Assembly (NCBI GenBank): GCA_031551135.1
Contig: JAVBOA010000012.1
Coordinates: 844-64,843, forward strand
Origin: Eubacteriales bacterium
GTDB lineage: Bacteria > Bacillota > Clostridia > Lachnospirales > JAITVM01
Direction of reading: 5' to 3'
Length of the DNA stretch: 64,000 bases
This document shows, piece by piece, positions 1 to 8,712 of the stretch. Each line of letters opens with the position of its first letter. Within the stretch, counting starts at the first letter, position 1. The notes beneath the pieces were generated by a model. That model was not told the DNA's origin, searched no databases, and worked only from the letters and a program-made list of their open reading frames with translations. A program made the translations under genes and the position numbers.

Positions 1-746
1 GGTTTGGATTCTACCCAGACGGTAAGCCAATTACACAAAAAGACCTAAGACTTGAATTGAGTATTGACGAACAGGAAGATGAATTTTGCAATCTCTACAT
101 AAGAGAATTGGAAAAAGGAAATCAAGACACGCAGCGATATGGTCATAGCATGGAATATCTTGAATGTCAAAGGCGAATGGTTGCATTTTATGAGATGAGT
201 GTGGATGGTTTCAGCGCAAAAACAATACGACTCGAACAGATAAATTCTCAAATTAAAACCTTTGAAAATGCCATTGAATCTCTAAGGCGAGCTGGTACTT
301 CCGACGTGACCGAATACGATAATGAGATTTTAGAGCTTAGGCTTGAAAAAGCAAAGATAACAAATTCCCTCTATGGTAAAGAAAATGAATCCGATGAGGA
401 AATGAAGCGAAAGCTTAGCGTTAATGAAAGAGCGTATGAGAGTGACTTCGCATGGAATCAGTATTTCCCAAATCTCAGGTGCAGAGCCAGTGAGAAGTAT
501 TTCAGAGAGCATCCTGAGGCTACCCCCTCTGGGCAGTTGAAACTCGCAAACGAAAGGCTTTCAAATACATTAGATGAGATGCTTGTGATGTCTGCTGCCC
601 TGTTTGTTAGTATAGTCCTTTTGACGATTTCTGTTTGGCTACAAAATAACCGTCCAGAGTACACTATTATAAGTATTCTATTAAGTGTTCTTGTGGTTGT
701 TGGGTTTCCGATGTCGATAAATCATTTCAGCAGTCGTAAGAAGTAA
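1..746 (+). CDS. Hypothetical phage protein with two C-terminal transmembrane helices (5'-truncated by window)
   Basis: The frame of track ORF 57..746 is open back to base 3 (FGFYPDGKPITQKDLRLELSID...); hydrophobic segments LVMSAALFVSIVLLTISVWL and IISILLSVLVVVGFPM. Confidence 0.7.
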   Translation, partial: FGFYPDGKPITQKDLRLELSIDEQEDEFCNLYIRELEKGNQDTQRYGHSMEYLECQRRMVAFYEMSVDGFSAKTIRLEQINSQIKTFENAIESLRRAGTSDVTEYDNEILELRLEKAKITNSLYGKENESDEEMKRKLSVNERAYESDFAWNQYFPNLRCRASEKYFREHPEATPSGQLKLANERLSNTLDEMLVMSAALFVSIVLLTISVWLQNNRPEYTIISILLSVLVVVGFPMSINHFSSRKK

Positions 747-771
747 AATTAGTGAAGGGATTGAACTTGAT

Positions 772-966
772 GTGAAACAAGTAACAGTAAGAGAATTACA
801 AAATGCTCTAAGAATGGCAAATTATGTTCCAAAGAGGACGAAAGGGAGTCACCAGATATGGACTAACGGGGAACAAAATATTGTTGTCCCCGTTGCGCGT
901 CTTAAATATGTAATAGCTGCAAAAATCATTAAAAAATGTGATTTGTCGAATTATTTAAAGTCATAG
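772..966 (+). CDS. HicA-family mRNA interferase-like protein (no adjacent HicB)
   Basis: 64 aa, HicA pattern RELQNAL...RTKGSHQIW...IVVP with the catalytic GSH histidine. Confidence 0.8.
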   Translation: MKQVTVRELQNALRMANYVPKRTKGSHQIWTNGEQNIVVPVARLKYVIAAKIIKKCDLSNYLKS

Positions 967-988
967 ATAAGTTATAAATAATACCATA

Positions 989-1017
989 TTGACTTTATTT
1001 TAATTTCGTGTTAAATT
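989..1017 (+). promoter_or_regulatory. SigA-type promoter upstream of the mazF-like gene
   Basis: TTGACT (989-994), 17-bp spacer, TGn-TAAATT (1012-1017). Confidence 0.5.
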
Positions 1018-1041
1018 AGAAGGAAGATTTCTGAGAGAAAA

Positions 1042-1467
1042 ATGCATAGAAATGGAGTGAGTTGTATTATGAGAAGTAATAACGGCGAAGGGAGGATTCT
1101 TACGGGGCAAATAAGATATGTAGATTTCTCTCAAGGTGATGTAGCTCTGCAAGGTGGTGTAAGACCGGCCGTAATAGTTCAGAACAACGCAGGATGTAAT
1201 TTTAGCCCTCGAATCTGGGTTGTGCCTCTGACATGTAAAGTCGATAAAGCGAACCATTTGCCAGTACACATTAGGATACCAAAATCTGATGACAATGGTC
1301 TAAAGCGCGATAGCATGGCTTTAGTGGAACAAACCCAATTTGTTTTAAAGGATAAAATCGGCGATTTTATCGGCTATTTAGAGACAGAAAACGCAACAAA
1401 GCTTGGAAATGCTTGGATTAATAATTGTTGCGGAATGTTTCCGTCGCAAGTATTAGCTCCGGCTTAA
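1042..1467 (+). CDS. MazF/PemK (NdoA/EndoA-like) endoribonuclease, no adjacent antitoxin; start may be ATG 1069
   Basis: GQIRYVDF...QGGVRPAVIVQNNAGCNFSP.IWVVPLT...GLKRDSMALVEQ matches the Firmicute NdoA pattern, with catalytic Arg (RP) and Thr (PLT) retained. Confidence 0.9.
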   Translation: MHRNGVSCIMRSNNGEGRILTGQIRYVDFSQGDVALQGGVRPAVIVQNNAGCNFSPRIWVVPLTCKVDKANHLPVHIRIPKSDDNGLKRDSMALVEQTQFVLKDKIGDFIGYLETENATKLGNAWINNCCGMFPSQVLAPA

Positions 1468-1555
1468 GTTCTGTTCTGATAAATTATACAAAAGAAAATT
1501 GCGAATTTTAAACATTTGTATATCGGATATAATACTAACATTAAGAGGTGATCTG

Positions 1556-2854
1556 ATGTCTAAAATTGAAGAATTAAGGCAGGTACTTTTAAAAAAAGTC
1601 ATTAAGGGGAAGCCAAAAGTTAAGGCGGATATCTTCGACAAATGCGTCGAAATGAAAAAGCTAAGTAGGGTTGAGGCTACTAATATAGAAAATGGAACAA
1701 TCAACCTTGACACAGTAGATGATCAAAAACTATTTTGGATACTAAAGAATTCTATCCCTGTCATTCCCAAATTGGGAAAAATGGAAGATTATTTTACTGA
1801 GCTTGAGCTACGGAACTACGAGTACTTTGAAGTTGATGATCAAACCAAAGTGTCTTATCCACTCAAATTTGAGAATGTTGAAAACCTGAAGCCAAACGAG
1901 ATTGTTTCTAAACAATATGGCTTTTATCTTACTGTAAAGGAAATCAAAAGACTCCATTCGGCTGGAATATTGCAGGTAATACCTGAGCTTCAGCGAGGTG
2001 GAGTAAAGAACGCTTATGACGAACTAAAGACAAAAGTAAATAAGAGTCGTGTGGCGCAAATCGCTGAAAGAATTTCTGAAGGCGAATATTTTTTCAACAG
2101 TATCTCTTTTAACCTGATTAATGACGACAACGCTATTTGGGATTACGACGGAAGCAAGCTATACATCGAAAAGGGCTTAATTATTGTGCCTGATGGAAAT
2201 CACCGTGCTTTTGCTTGCGAAAGCATTCCCGACAACGATCCACACATGGATGATAAGTTCCATGTTTTGTTTACCGTTCTTACACCGGCAGAAACAAAGA
2301 AAAAAATTGCTCAAGAGTGGAATACAGAGCCAATCAGCAAATCTCAAAAAGAGTATATGGTCATTAACAATTCCAATAGAATATTAGATATGGTTTTACG
2401 TGACGATGACTTGGATGACTTGATTAAGAAAAACATTGCTACTTCAAGTGACAAAAGATTAGTTAAGTCCTCCATCTACGTCTACAGTGACATATCGAAG
2501 GCAATTCAAAAGTATTACAATGGCAACAAGATATCAACAAGAGAAGAACAGAGAGAGTTGTCTGATTGGCTTGTTATGGTTTTCAATCGTGTTGCATTTT
2601 TGTTCGGAGATGACCTCAAAAATGCTTCTACATTACGTAGGAAGAAATGGAACCTCCTACCCTATGCCATGTATGGTTTTATTTACTTGAGCAAAGAACT
2701 CTATAAGAAACCGAATTGGAAGACCATTTTTGACCAGTGTATTAGAAGCATTGATTTTTCCAATACGGCCGATTTCACTGGAAATAGTCTTGAGAAAACA
2801 AAAATACTTGAAGCAGAAAAGATATTTCGTGAGGTGTTCAAAAATGTACAATAA
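1556..2854 (+). CDS. DGQHR/DndB-like (ParB/Srx-fold) protein, probable YopQ/SroE-like phage regulator
   Basis: ELQRG and PDGNHR motifs; GAGGTG RBS before ATG 1556; overlaps the downstream MrpR-like gene, as yopQ lies beside yopR in SPbeta. Confidence 0.75.
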   Translation: MSKIEELRQVLLKKVIKGKPKVKADIFDKCVEMKKLSRVEATNIENGTINLDTVDDQKLFWILKNSIPVIPKLGKMEDYFTELELRNYEYFEVDDQTKVSYPLKFENVENLKPNEIVSKQYGFYLTVKEIKRLHSAGILQVIPELQRGGVKNAYDELKTKVNKSRVAQIAERISEGEYFFNSISFNLINDDNAIWDYDGSKLYIEKGLIIVPDGNHRAFACESIPDNDPHMDDKFHVLFTVLTPAETKKKIAQEWNTEPISKSQKEYMVINNSNRILDMVLRDDDLDDLIKKNIATSSDKRLVKSSIYVYSDISKAIQKYYNGNKISTREEQRELSDWLVMVFNRVAFLFGDDLKNASTLRRKKWNLLPYAMYGFIYLSKELYKKPNWKTIFDQCIRSIDFSNTADFTGNSLEKTKILEAEKIFREVFKNVQ

Positions 2855-3779
2855 GCCGTGGAAAAAAGAATATATCTCACAAGAAAAAACAAATGAAATT
2901 GCACTGAGTGCCTTATTTAAGAGAATTGGCGTCTATGAGGAACGATATGGTAAGGACTTGTGTGAAATGAATTTGGAGGAACTTAAAAGTGTTTTTATTG
3001 CATTGAATATTATATCGAACCAAACGAAACTCAGCTTTAAGAGTATGATGATTGGTTACATAGATTGGTGCATTAGTACAAACAAAACGTCGAGAGAAAA
3101 TGCCTTGCGATTGCTCAATGTCAACGAAATCGTGTCACCAAATGCAATTGAAACAGGAATGATTAAGTCACCTGAAGAGGTATCCGAGATACTCGAAAAA
3201 GCATACCCACAAGATTACAGAACTTTATTTCCTAATAAAGCTGTATTGTCTCAGTTGATTTTTTGGTTGCTCTATTCGGGTCTTAAAGATGATGAAATAT
3301 CGCTACTAAAGAAGGATGACCTTGATATTGAAAACAAAACGATAAAAAGTCCATCGCGTGAAAATATTACTCATAGGGCGTTTAACGAAGTTGTTCCTCT
3401 CTGGGAGCGTTTTATGGATATTGACACAATTGAATTCGAAGCGATTGGAAGAGGTGCTGGACGAGTAAACAAGCTTGTTAACAATGATTATCTTTTTAGA
3501 TACTTTGGAAACAAGGTGGGAGAAGAACATATCAACCGTCAGGTTGTTAGAGATTACCTCCACACACTTTTCGTTAAGTATCAAGAAGCGACTGGTATGC
3601 ATAAGATGGTAAGCATTACCAACATGGGTACTTCAGGATATTTTTACCGCCTAATGATGTCTGCTCGCTCTGATGAAGATGTCAAAAATATTATGCTAAA
3701 CTTTTATGGGAGTAATAAAGGCAAAGCATATAGCCAATTTAACAACTACAGAGATTGGCGGCGGTACTACTTCGAGTAG
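2844..3779 (+). CDS. MrpR/YopR (SroF)-like phage master repressor with degenerate tyrosine-recombinase fold
   Basis: GAGGTG RBS then ATG 2844; N-terminal MYN..K.EY...LF......E..YGKDLCEMN..EL...YIDWC pattern; LLYSGLK..EI..L region has Lys at the catalytic Arg position and no HxxR. Confidence 0.7.
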   Translation: MYNKPWKKEYISQEKTNEIALSALFKRIGVYEERYGKDLCEMNLEELKSVFIALNIISNQTKLSFKSMMIGYIDWCISTNKTSRENALRLLNVNEIVSPNAIETGMIKSPEEVSEILEKAYPQDYRTLFPNKAVLSQLIFWLLYSGLKDDEISLLKKDDLDIENKTIKSPSRENITHRAFNEVVPLWERFMDIDTIEFEAIGRGAGRVNKLVNNDYLFRYFGNKVGEEHINRQVVRDYLHTLFVKYQEATGMHKMVSITNMGTSGYFYRLMMSARSDEDVKNIMLNFYGSNKGKAYSQFNNYRDWRRYYFE

Positions 3780-3796
3780 TATTCTTAATAGAAATA

Positions 3797-3836
3797 AAGT
3801 GATAATTGTTGGTTATAATGCCAACAATTATCACTT
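3797..3836. repeat. Perfect 16-bp inverted repeat after the repressor gene (terminator or operator)
   Basis: AAGTGATAATTGTTGG (3797-3812), 8-nt loop, CCAACAATTATCACTT (3821-3836). Confidence 0.85.
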
Positions 3837-3863
3837 GACTTAGCGACACATTATCAATACAAT
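3835..3863 (+). promoter_or_regulatory. SigA-type promoter with a copy of the 15-bp phage motif overlapping its spacer and -10
   Basis: TTGACT-17bp-TACAAT; GACACATTATCAATA at 3845-3859. Confidence 0.7.
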
Positions 3864-3954
3864 ATATATACATATATATAACTTCAATGGAAATGAAGAG
3901 TGTTTTAAGCAACCAAATATAAAATAAGTAGTTTTTAGAAGGGGTCGATAGCAT

Positions 3955-4359
3955 ATGAATAGAACTTTGATGACGACAGAAAAATTTGCTAGAAGAATTC
4001 TTGAAATGGGAAGTTGTAAGTTTAGCTTTTATATTGAAGCTTGCGACTATTTGCTGACTGTAGCAAAGATTATTCTTGGCAAAAGGCAAATAGTGCTGTT
4101 TGTAGACGAGTTCAATGAAAAGGTAGGAAATAAAAACTATACAATGGCTTTTGGTGTAGATGGATTTAGCAACGACTTTGGAGAAGAGCAGATTATTGAT
4201 AAGGCAATGGCTATAAAGTCAATTATTAATGGACTAAATTCATATAAAAACAAATCAGGGCTAACTGATTGCTCTTGGATCTGGGATGATGAATTATTTG
4301 AGGAAAGAGTTTTGATTAATATAAGTTATGACTTTCCTGATTTATCAGCCGAAAATTAA
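3955..4359 (+). CDS. Hypothetical phage protein
   Basis: 134-aa ORF with AAGGGG RBS, downstream of a promoter. Confidence 0.65.
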   Translation: MNRTLMTTEKFARRILEMGSCKFSFYIEACDYLLTVAKIILGKRQIVLFVDEFNEKVGNKNYTMAFGVDGFSNDFGEEQIIDKAMAIKSIINGLNSYKNKSGLTDCSWIWDDELFEERVLINISYDFPDLSAEN

Positions 4360-4485
4360 TTATTATAACTTATCATTATAATATCAACAATGAAATAATT
4401 GTCAATACATACCTGACCTATATTGAAAAGATAATAAGTCTAGATTATAATTTGATGATACGTTTTGCTTGTGAAGGAGATTGAA

Positions 4486-5022
4486 ATGAAATTCTACATT
4501 GCTGATACACATTTTTTTCACGGAAATATGATTAAATATGAAAACAGACCATTTAAAGACGTTGAAGAAATGAATGAAACAATTGTTGCAAACTGGAATA
4601 GAAAAGTTGCTGAGAACGATGAAATCTACATTCTTGGCGATTTCGCTTTCTGCAACGGCGATAAGGTAAACGAACTCCTTGATCGTCTCAATGGTAAAAA
4701 ATACTTAATCACCGGCAATCATGACAGCTTTATGAAGTACAAGGAATTTGATCGAAGTAAATTTGTGAGCATAAGAGATATCATGAAGGTAAGCGACAAC
4801 AAAACGAAAATAGTTCTTTGTCACTACCCTATCGCTGTATGGGAAAGCCAACATCATGGCTCACTGCACTTTTATGGACATATTCACAAGCTTGGATTTG
4901 ACCGCTTTCCAGACTATGCCCACAAGGAAAATTCATATAACGTAGGTGCAGATCTAACAGGATTCGAGCCGGTTACTCTGGATGAAATCCTGGCAAATTA
5001 CAAAACATGGATGTCAAAATAA
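4486..5022 (+). CDS. Calcineurin-like metallophosphoesterase (phage type)
   Basis: ADTH, LGDF, GNHD, HYP, YGHIH and NVG.D motifs; AAGGAGA RBS before ATG 4486. Confidence 0.9.
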   Translation: MKFYIADTHFFHGNMIKYENRPFKDVEEMNETIVANWNRKVAENDEIYILGDFAFCNGDKVNELLDRLNGKKYLITGNHDSFMKYKEFDRSKFVSIRDIMKVSDNKTKIVLCHYPIAVWESQHHGSLHFYGHIHKLGFDRFPDYAHKENSYNVGADLTGFEPVTLDEILANYKTWMSK

Positions 5023-5256
5023 ATCCATGAAATTCAAAGAAAAAAGCTGTCGGGCAACCCTAATGTACAGTAATCAATTAATAGTTTTATGTGATACCGA
5101 TAAATGAGATCAAAAACAATTTATGTGTACCAAGAGCTGCCTCGACACTATTTTTTTGACCTGAACTCAATAAGCATGATGAAATATGTGCAAGTTAGGT
5201 ATAATGCTATAACAGGAAATGCGCTAGAACAGAGCATTTACTTATATGGACATAGT

Positions 5257-5967
5257 TTAATTATAAAGTTCTTCGTCATAAAGTTCATCATCAAGTTCTT
5301 CGTCGTGAAGTTCATCATTATCGAGTTTTTCTACGCCAAGTTCAGCATATGTAATTTCACCGGTTTGGAGTTTATCGTTTAAAATTTCGGAAAAAAATCC
5401 AGCCAATGTTATTCCATAATAAGGAATGGCAACAACTGATAGAATTCCAAATGTCACAAGAGATAAAATTTCCCAAAGAAAGAAAGAAATCCACAAGTTA
5501 AATATTCGCATTTTATATCCATGCGTCAATCTTTCTGAAATTCTTAAGGCATCACGAGCTGACACGTCAGGAAATTCTGAAAGTATAAAAGGGGTAAAAA
5601 TATAAGCATAAGTTTTGATTATTCCGGGAATTAAAAATAATAGTGAATGTAGAACAACAAATAATGTATGCAGGACAAAACACCACAATTTTTTTAGTAT
5701 ATTTTGAAAAAGACCTTCGAAAATATACTCTGGTTTCACTGCTTCTCCACGATAAACTTTTAAATAAAATCCATTTATTGTAGTACACAATAACCACCCC
5801 AAACAATAGGCAATCATTCCTCTTATGTCGCCTGATTTGGGATCAAGCCTCAATAAGATAAACACAAAAATAACACCCAATAGCAATAATGATGAACAAA
5901 TAACAGTAAACCATTGTTCTTTAAATCTTTCTCGGGCAAGTAATTTCATTTCTTGCCTTGTATACAT
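5257..5967 (-). CDS. DUF975-family integral membrane protein (moron, opposite orientation)
   Basis: MYTRQEMKLLARE, SLLFLIPGIIKTYAY.FTPFIL, AL..S..L..GYK..IF.L.ISF, PYY patterns; GGAGGA RBS. Confidence 0.8.
   Translation of the reverse strand: MYTRQEMKLLARERFKEQWFTVICSSLLLLGVIFVFILLRLDPKSGDIRGMIAYCLGWLLCTTINGFYLKVYRGEAVKPEYIFEGLFQNILKKLWCFVLHTLFVVLHSLLFLIPGIIKTYAYIFTPFILSEFPDVSARDALRISERLTHGYKMRIFNLWISFFLWEILSLVTFGILSVVAIPYYGITLAGFFSEILNDKLQTGEITYAELGVEKLDNDELHDEELDDELYDEELYN
5266..5320. repeat. Short tandem repeat (alternating 15/12-bp units) encoding the acidic tail DNDELHDEELDDELYDEELYN
   Basis: aagttcttcgtcata/aagttcatcatc/aagttcttcgtcgtg/aagttcatcatt. Confidence 0.75.
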
Positions 5968-6176
5968 AAATATCTCCTCCATATATCATACTGTTTTCTT
6001 AAGTTCATTAGCTTAAAAAGTCAGGTCTTTAAATTATCGGATTGTGAATTCAATAAATTAATGATCTGTGATACTTAGTAAATATCTGGAAACCAGAAAA
6101 ATATATACAAATAATTATAAAATTGGATAGGGAGAGGAATTGGTAAATATTTATAAATACAATATCAATAATAATA

Positions 6177-6205
6177 TTGACGGCTCATCATCGCTGTGCT
6201 ATTAT
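6177..6205 (+). promoter_or_regulatory. SigA-type extended -10 promoter of the replication operon
   Basis: TTGACG-17bp-TGcTATTAT; motif copy AATACAATATCAATA at 6156-6170 just upstream of the -35. Confidence 0.75.
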
Positions 6206-6319
6206 TATATAGCGGCACATGATACATAGCGGATTTAGTGTTCTGGTAGTGTCATGACATCATCTCTCGATTCGGGAGTTTGATATAGACAAAATATAAA
6301 CATAAAGGAGCATTTTAGA

Positions 6320-7495
6320 ATGGCGAAAAATGAAAAAAAGAAGTTGGACAAATCTGGTTGGAAAGCACAGTTTATGTTAGTGGGTGTGGCAAAGGTCAAC
6401 GATTATACATACAAAATGGATGCAAAATCCGAGAGATCCGATTGGGTGTACAACTCGCTTAATCTCGGTGTAGACTGCGGAAGCAGTTGCGGAACTATTT
6501 ATGCCGAAATGATGGGTGGTTATGGATCAGAGCGTGACAATGTTCTTTATGTGCATGGTAAAAAGGAAAACGGTCAGGACGATTTTGAAAATAGATTTGT
6601 AATTGACTGGGATGATCGTGAATATGGCGATATATTAGAAAGCATCGGGGACGGTTGCTTCATCACAGTCGGATTAGAGAAAGACAAAACCGGCAAGACG
6701 TTTCCGAAAAAGTTTTTGTCACCATATGATGCAATTGCTTATGTTAAGGAAAATCTCAAGGATGGTACTGTCGTGAATGTAAAGGGTAATATTGAATATT
6801 CCGTATATCAGGATAAGGTACAAGCGAGAAAGAGAATTACAAGAGTTTTCTTGTCGAGCGTGGATGATTCGAGTAAATATGCTGCGAGATTTTCGCAATC
6901 AATGCTTCTGAAAAAAGACAGCCTTGGAAAATTCGACAAAGAAAAAGGAAGCTTCCCTGTCTACGCAACAGTTCTTGAGTACATGAAAATGTGGAAAGAG
7001 AAAGAAGTAAAGCAGTTTCTCCCTCTTAACAAGACGTTTGAGTATGTTGTTAATCCGGAGAATAAAGAAGGGTCAAAGAGGTTCGTCGAGAAGTATCTTA
7101 AAATCAAAAAAGATGTAACTGAAATCGCTTTTGATGGAATGTTTATTGAAAGCGGTGCTCTGGTCACTATGACAGTTGATGATTTGCCTGAAGATATTCA
7201 GGAGCTTATTGAGATTGGTGCTTACACCGAAGAAGAAGCATTGGCAAAATGCACTGAGAACACCGGAAAAGAAAAAAGAATGGTGATTTTAAAACCCTCT
7301 CTGAAACTGGTTGGAGAAGAAGGAAGCAAAGTTCCTGCTGTTGCTATAGTAGAAAAGAAATATTCTGAAGAAGATTTGGTATTGGACTTTATGCTCGAAA
7401 GTGAGGAAGAGCCGGAAGAAGAGTATCTTGCTGAAGTAGAAGCAGGTTTAGAAGTATCTGATGGAGATGTTGATTCTTGGCTGGACTCGCTTTAA
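6320..7495 (+). CDS. Putative phage single-stranded DNA-binding protein (YorF-like position)
   Basis: First gene of the replication operon; OB-like VVNVKGNIEYSVY segment and a very acidic tail ending DVDSWLDSL. Confidence 0.55.
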   Translation: MAKNEKKKLDKSGWKAQFMLVGVAKVNDYTYKMDAKSERSDWVYNSLNLGVDCGSSCGTIYAEMMGGYGSERDNVLYVHGKKENGQDDFENRFVIDWDDREYGDILESIGDGCFITVGLEKDKTGKTFPKKFLSPYDAIAYVKENLKDGTVVNVKGNIEYSVYQDKVQARKRITRVFLSSVDDSSKYAARFSQSMLLKKDSLGKFDKEKGSFPVYATVLEYMKMWKEKEVKQFLPLNKTFEYVVNPENKEGSKRFVEKYLKIKKDVTEIAFDGMFIESGALVTMTVDDLPEDIQELIEIGAYTEEEALAKCTENTGKEKRMVILKPSLKLVGEEGSKVPAVAIVEKKYSEEDLVLDFMLESEEEPEEEYLAEVEAGLEVSDGDVDSWLDSL

Positions 7496-7538
7496 AATAC
7501 AATCATAGACATATTGTCAATAATAGAGGAGATAACAT

Positions 7539-8651
7539 ATGGCTAAATACGGAAAACGAAATGAAATTGATTTGAACCCATTGTCTTATGGAATTTCTCT
7601 ACTTGGCGAGAGCGGAGTAGGGAAAACCACACTTATAAAATCAGTATGCGAAAAACTTGCTGGCGAAGATGGATATTTGTTTTTGGACATCGGCAAAGAA
7701 GACGGATGCAGGGCGATCAATGGGATCGTCGCTGAAACCTGTGAGGACTGGGATAAGTTCGAGGAAGTTGTTGATTATATCGTCGATAATAGAACTTCTG
7801 AGTATGCCGACTTGAAAGTAGTTGTTATTGATACAATTGACCAGTTGTTTGACCTTGCAGAGCAGGAAGTCATTGCTCTTCACAACAGAAATAATCCTGA
7901 CAAAAGAGTTGACTCAATTAATGCTGCTATGGGTGGCTATATGAAGGGGCAAGACAAAGCGGTTGAGATTGTTTTAAACAAGCTCTGGGAGCTAAAGCAT
8001 GTTGGGGTATCCTTTATTATCATCGGTCACGTAAAGAACAAAGATGTCACGGACATCGTTTCTGAAGAGTCTTACAAAACACTTACTTCGAACTTGACGC
8101 AAAGATATTTCAACGCTATTAAAACAAAGGTTTATTTCTTAGGTCTTGCATACGTTGACAGAGAGATTATCAAGGAGAAGACCGGCAAGAAAAATACTGT
8201 TACAAAGAAGGATGAAACCAAAAGCGTTTTAAAATCTGAGGTCAGAAAAATTAATTTCAGGGATGACAATTTTGCCTTGGACAGTAAATCAAGATTTGCA
8301 GACATTGTTGAGTCAATACCTCTTGATCCAGATGCCTTTATTAAAGCAATGCAAGACGCTATTTTAGCCGAACATTCTAAAGGCAGTAAAACTGTTGAAC
8401 AATCACAAAAGGAACAGGAAGATGCTGAAGCAAAACGACTCAAAGATCTCGTTATTGCAGAAGAGAAAGCTAAAAAAGAGAAGGAGTTTTCAGGTCTTGT
8501 AGGCAAAATTAAGGACTACATAAGGGAAAACAAATCTGAAATGAATAAGCTTAAGCCTATGCTTGAAGAAGCAAAAAGACTTGGGTATGCAAATCCAACA
8601 GTAGTTGACAATATCGACGACGCCAAGGCTCTGCTGGCTTTGGCTCAGTAA
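7539..8651 (+). CDS. AAA_24/Sak4-like ATPase (YorG-like)
   Basis: Walker A GESGVGKT, Walker B VVVIDT, IIGH and SRF motifs. Confidence 0.8.
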   Translation: MAKYGKRNEIDLNPLSYGISLLGESGVGKTTLIKSVCEKLAGEDGYLFLDIGKEDGCRAINGIVAETCEDWDKFEEVVDYIVDNRTSEYADLKVVVIDTIDQLFDLAEQEVIALHNRNNPDKRVDSINAAMGGYMKGQDKAVEIVLNKLWELKHVGVSFIIIGHVKNKDVTDIVSEESYKTLTSNLTQRYFNAIKTKVYFLGLAYVDREIIKEKTGKKNTVTKKDETKSVLKSEVRKINFRDDNFALDSKSRFADIVESIPLDPDAFIKAMQDAILAEHSKGSKTVEQSQKEQEDAEAKRLKDLVIAEEKAKKEKEFSGLVGKIKDYIRENKSEMNKLKPMLEEAKRLGYANPTVVDNIDDAKALLALAQ

Positions 8652-8659
8652 TAATTGAG

Positions 8660-8695
8660 GGCGATATTACCACTGTGATATCGCCTATCACTTTC
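8660..8695 (+). terminator. Intergenic hairpin, possible attenuator or terminator
   Basis: GGCGATATTAC-cact-GTGATATCGCC followed by a weak T-rich tail. Confidence 0.45.
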
Positions 8696-8712
8696 TATTT
8701 GGAGGTGTTAAG

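Noticed and set aside
1556-2854. DndB-like gene as part of a DNA phosphorothioation system
   Set aside because: No dndA/C/D/E or ssp genes are in the window; the pairing with an MrpR-like gene fits a phage regulatory operon better
2844-3779. Active tyrosine integrase
   Set aside because: The catalytic Arg position is Lys and HxxR is absent; a serine integrase sits at the prophage boundary
1-3779. Arbitrium aimR/aimP genes
   Set aside because: No TPR-repeat receptor or short signal-peptide ORF is recognisable here; they could lie left of the window
5104-5382. Track ORF with repeated IKFF units
   Set aside because: It is the antisense shadow of the DUF975 tail repeat and has no RBS
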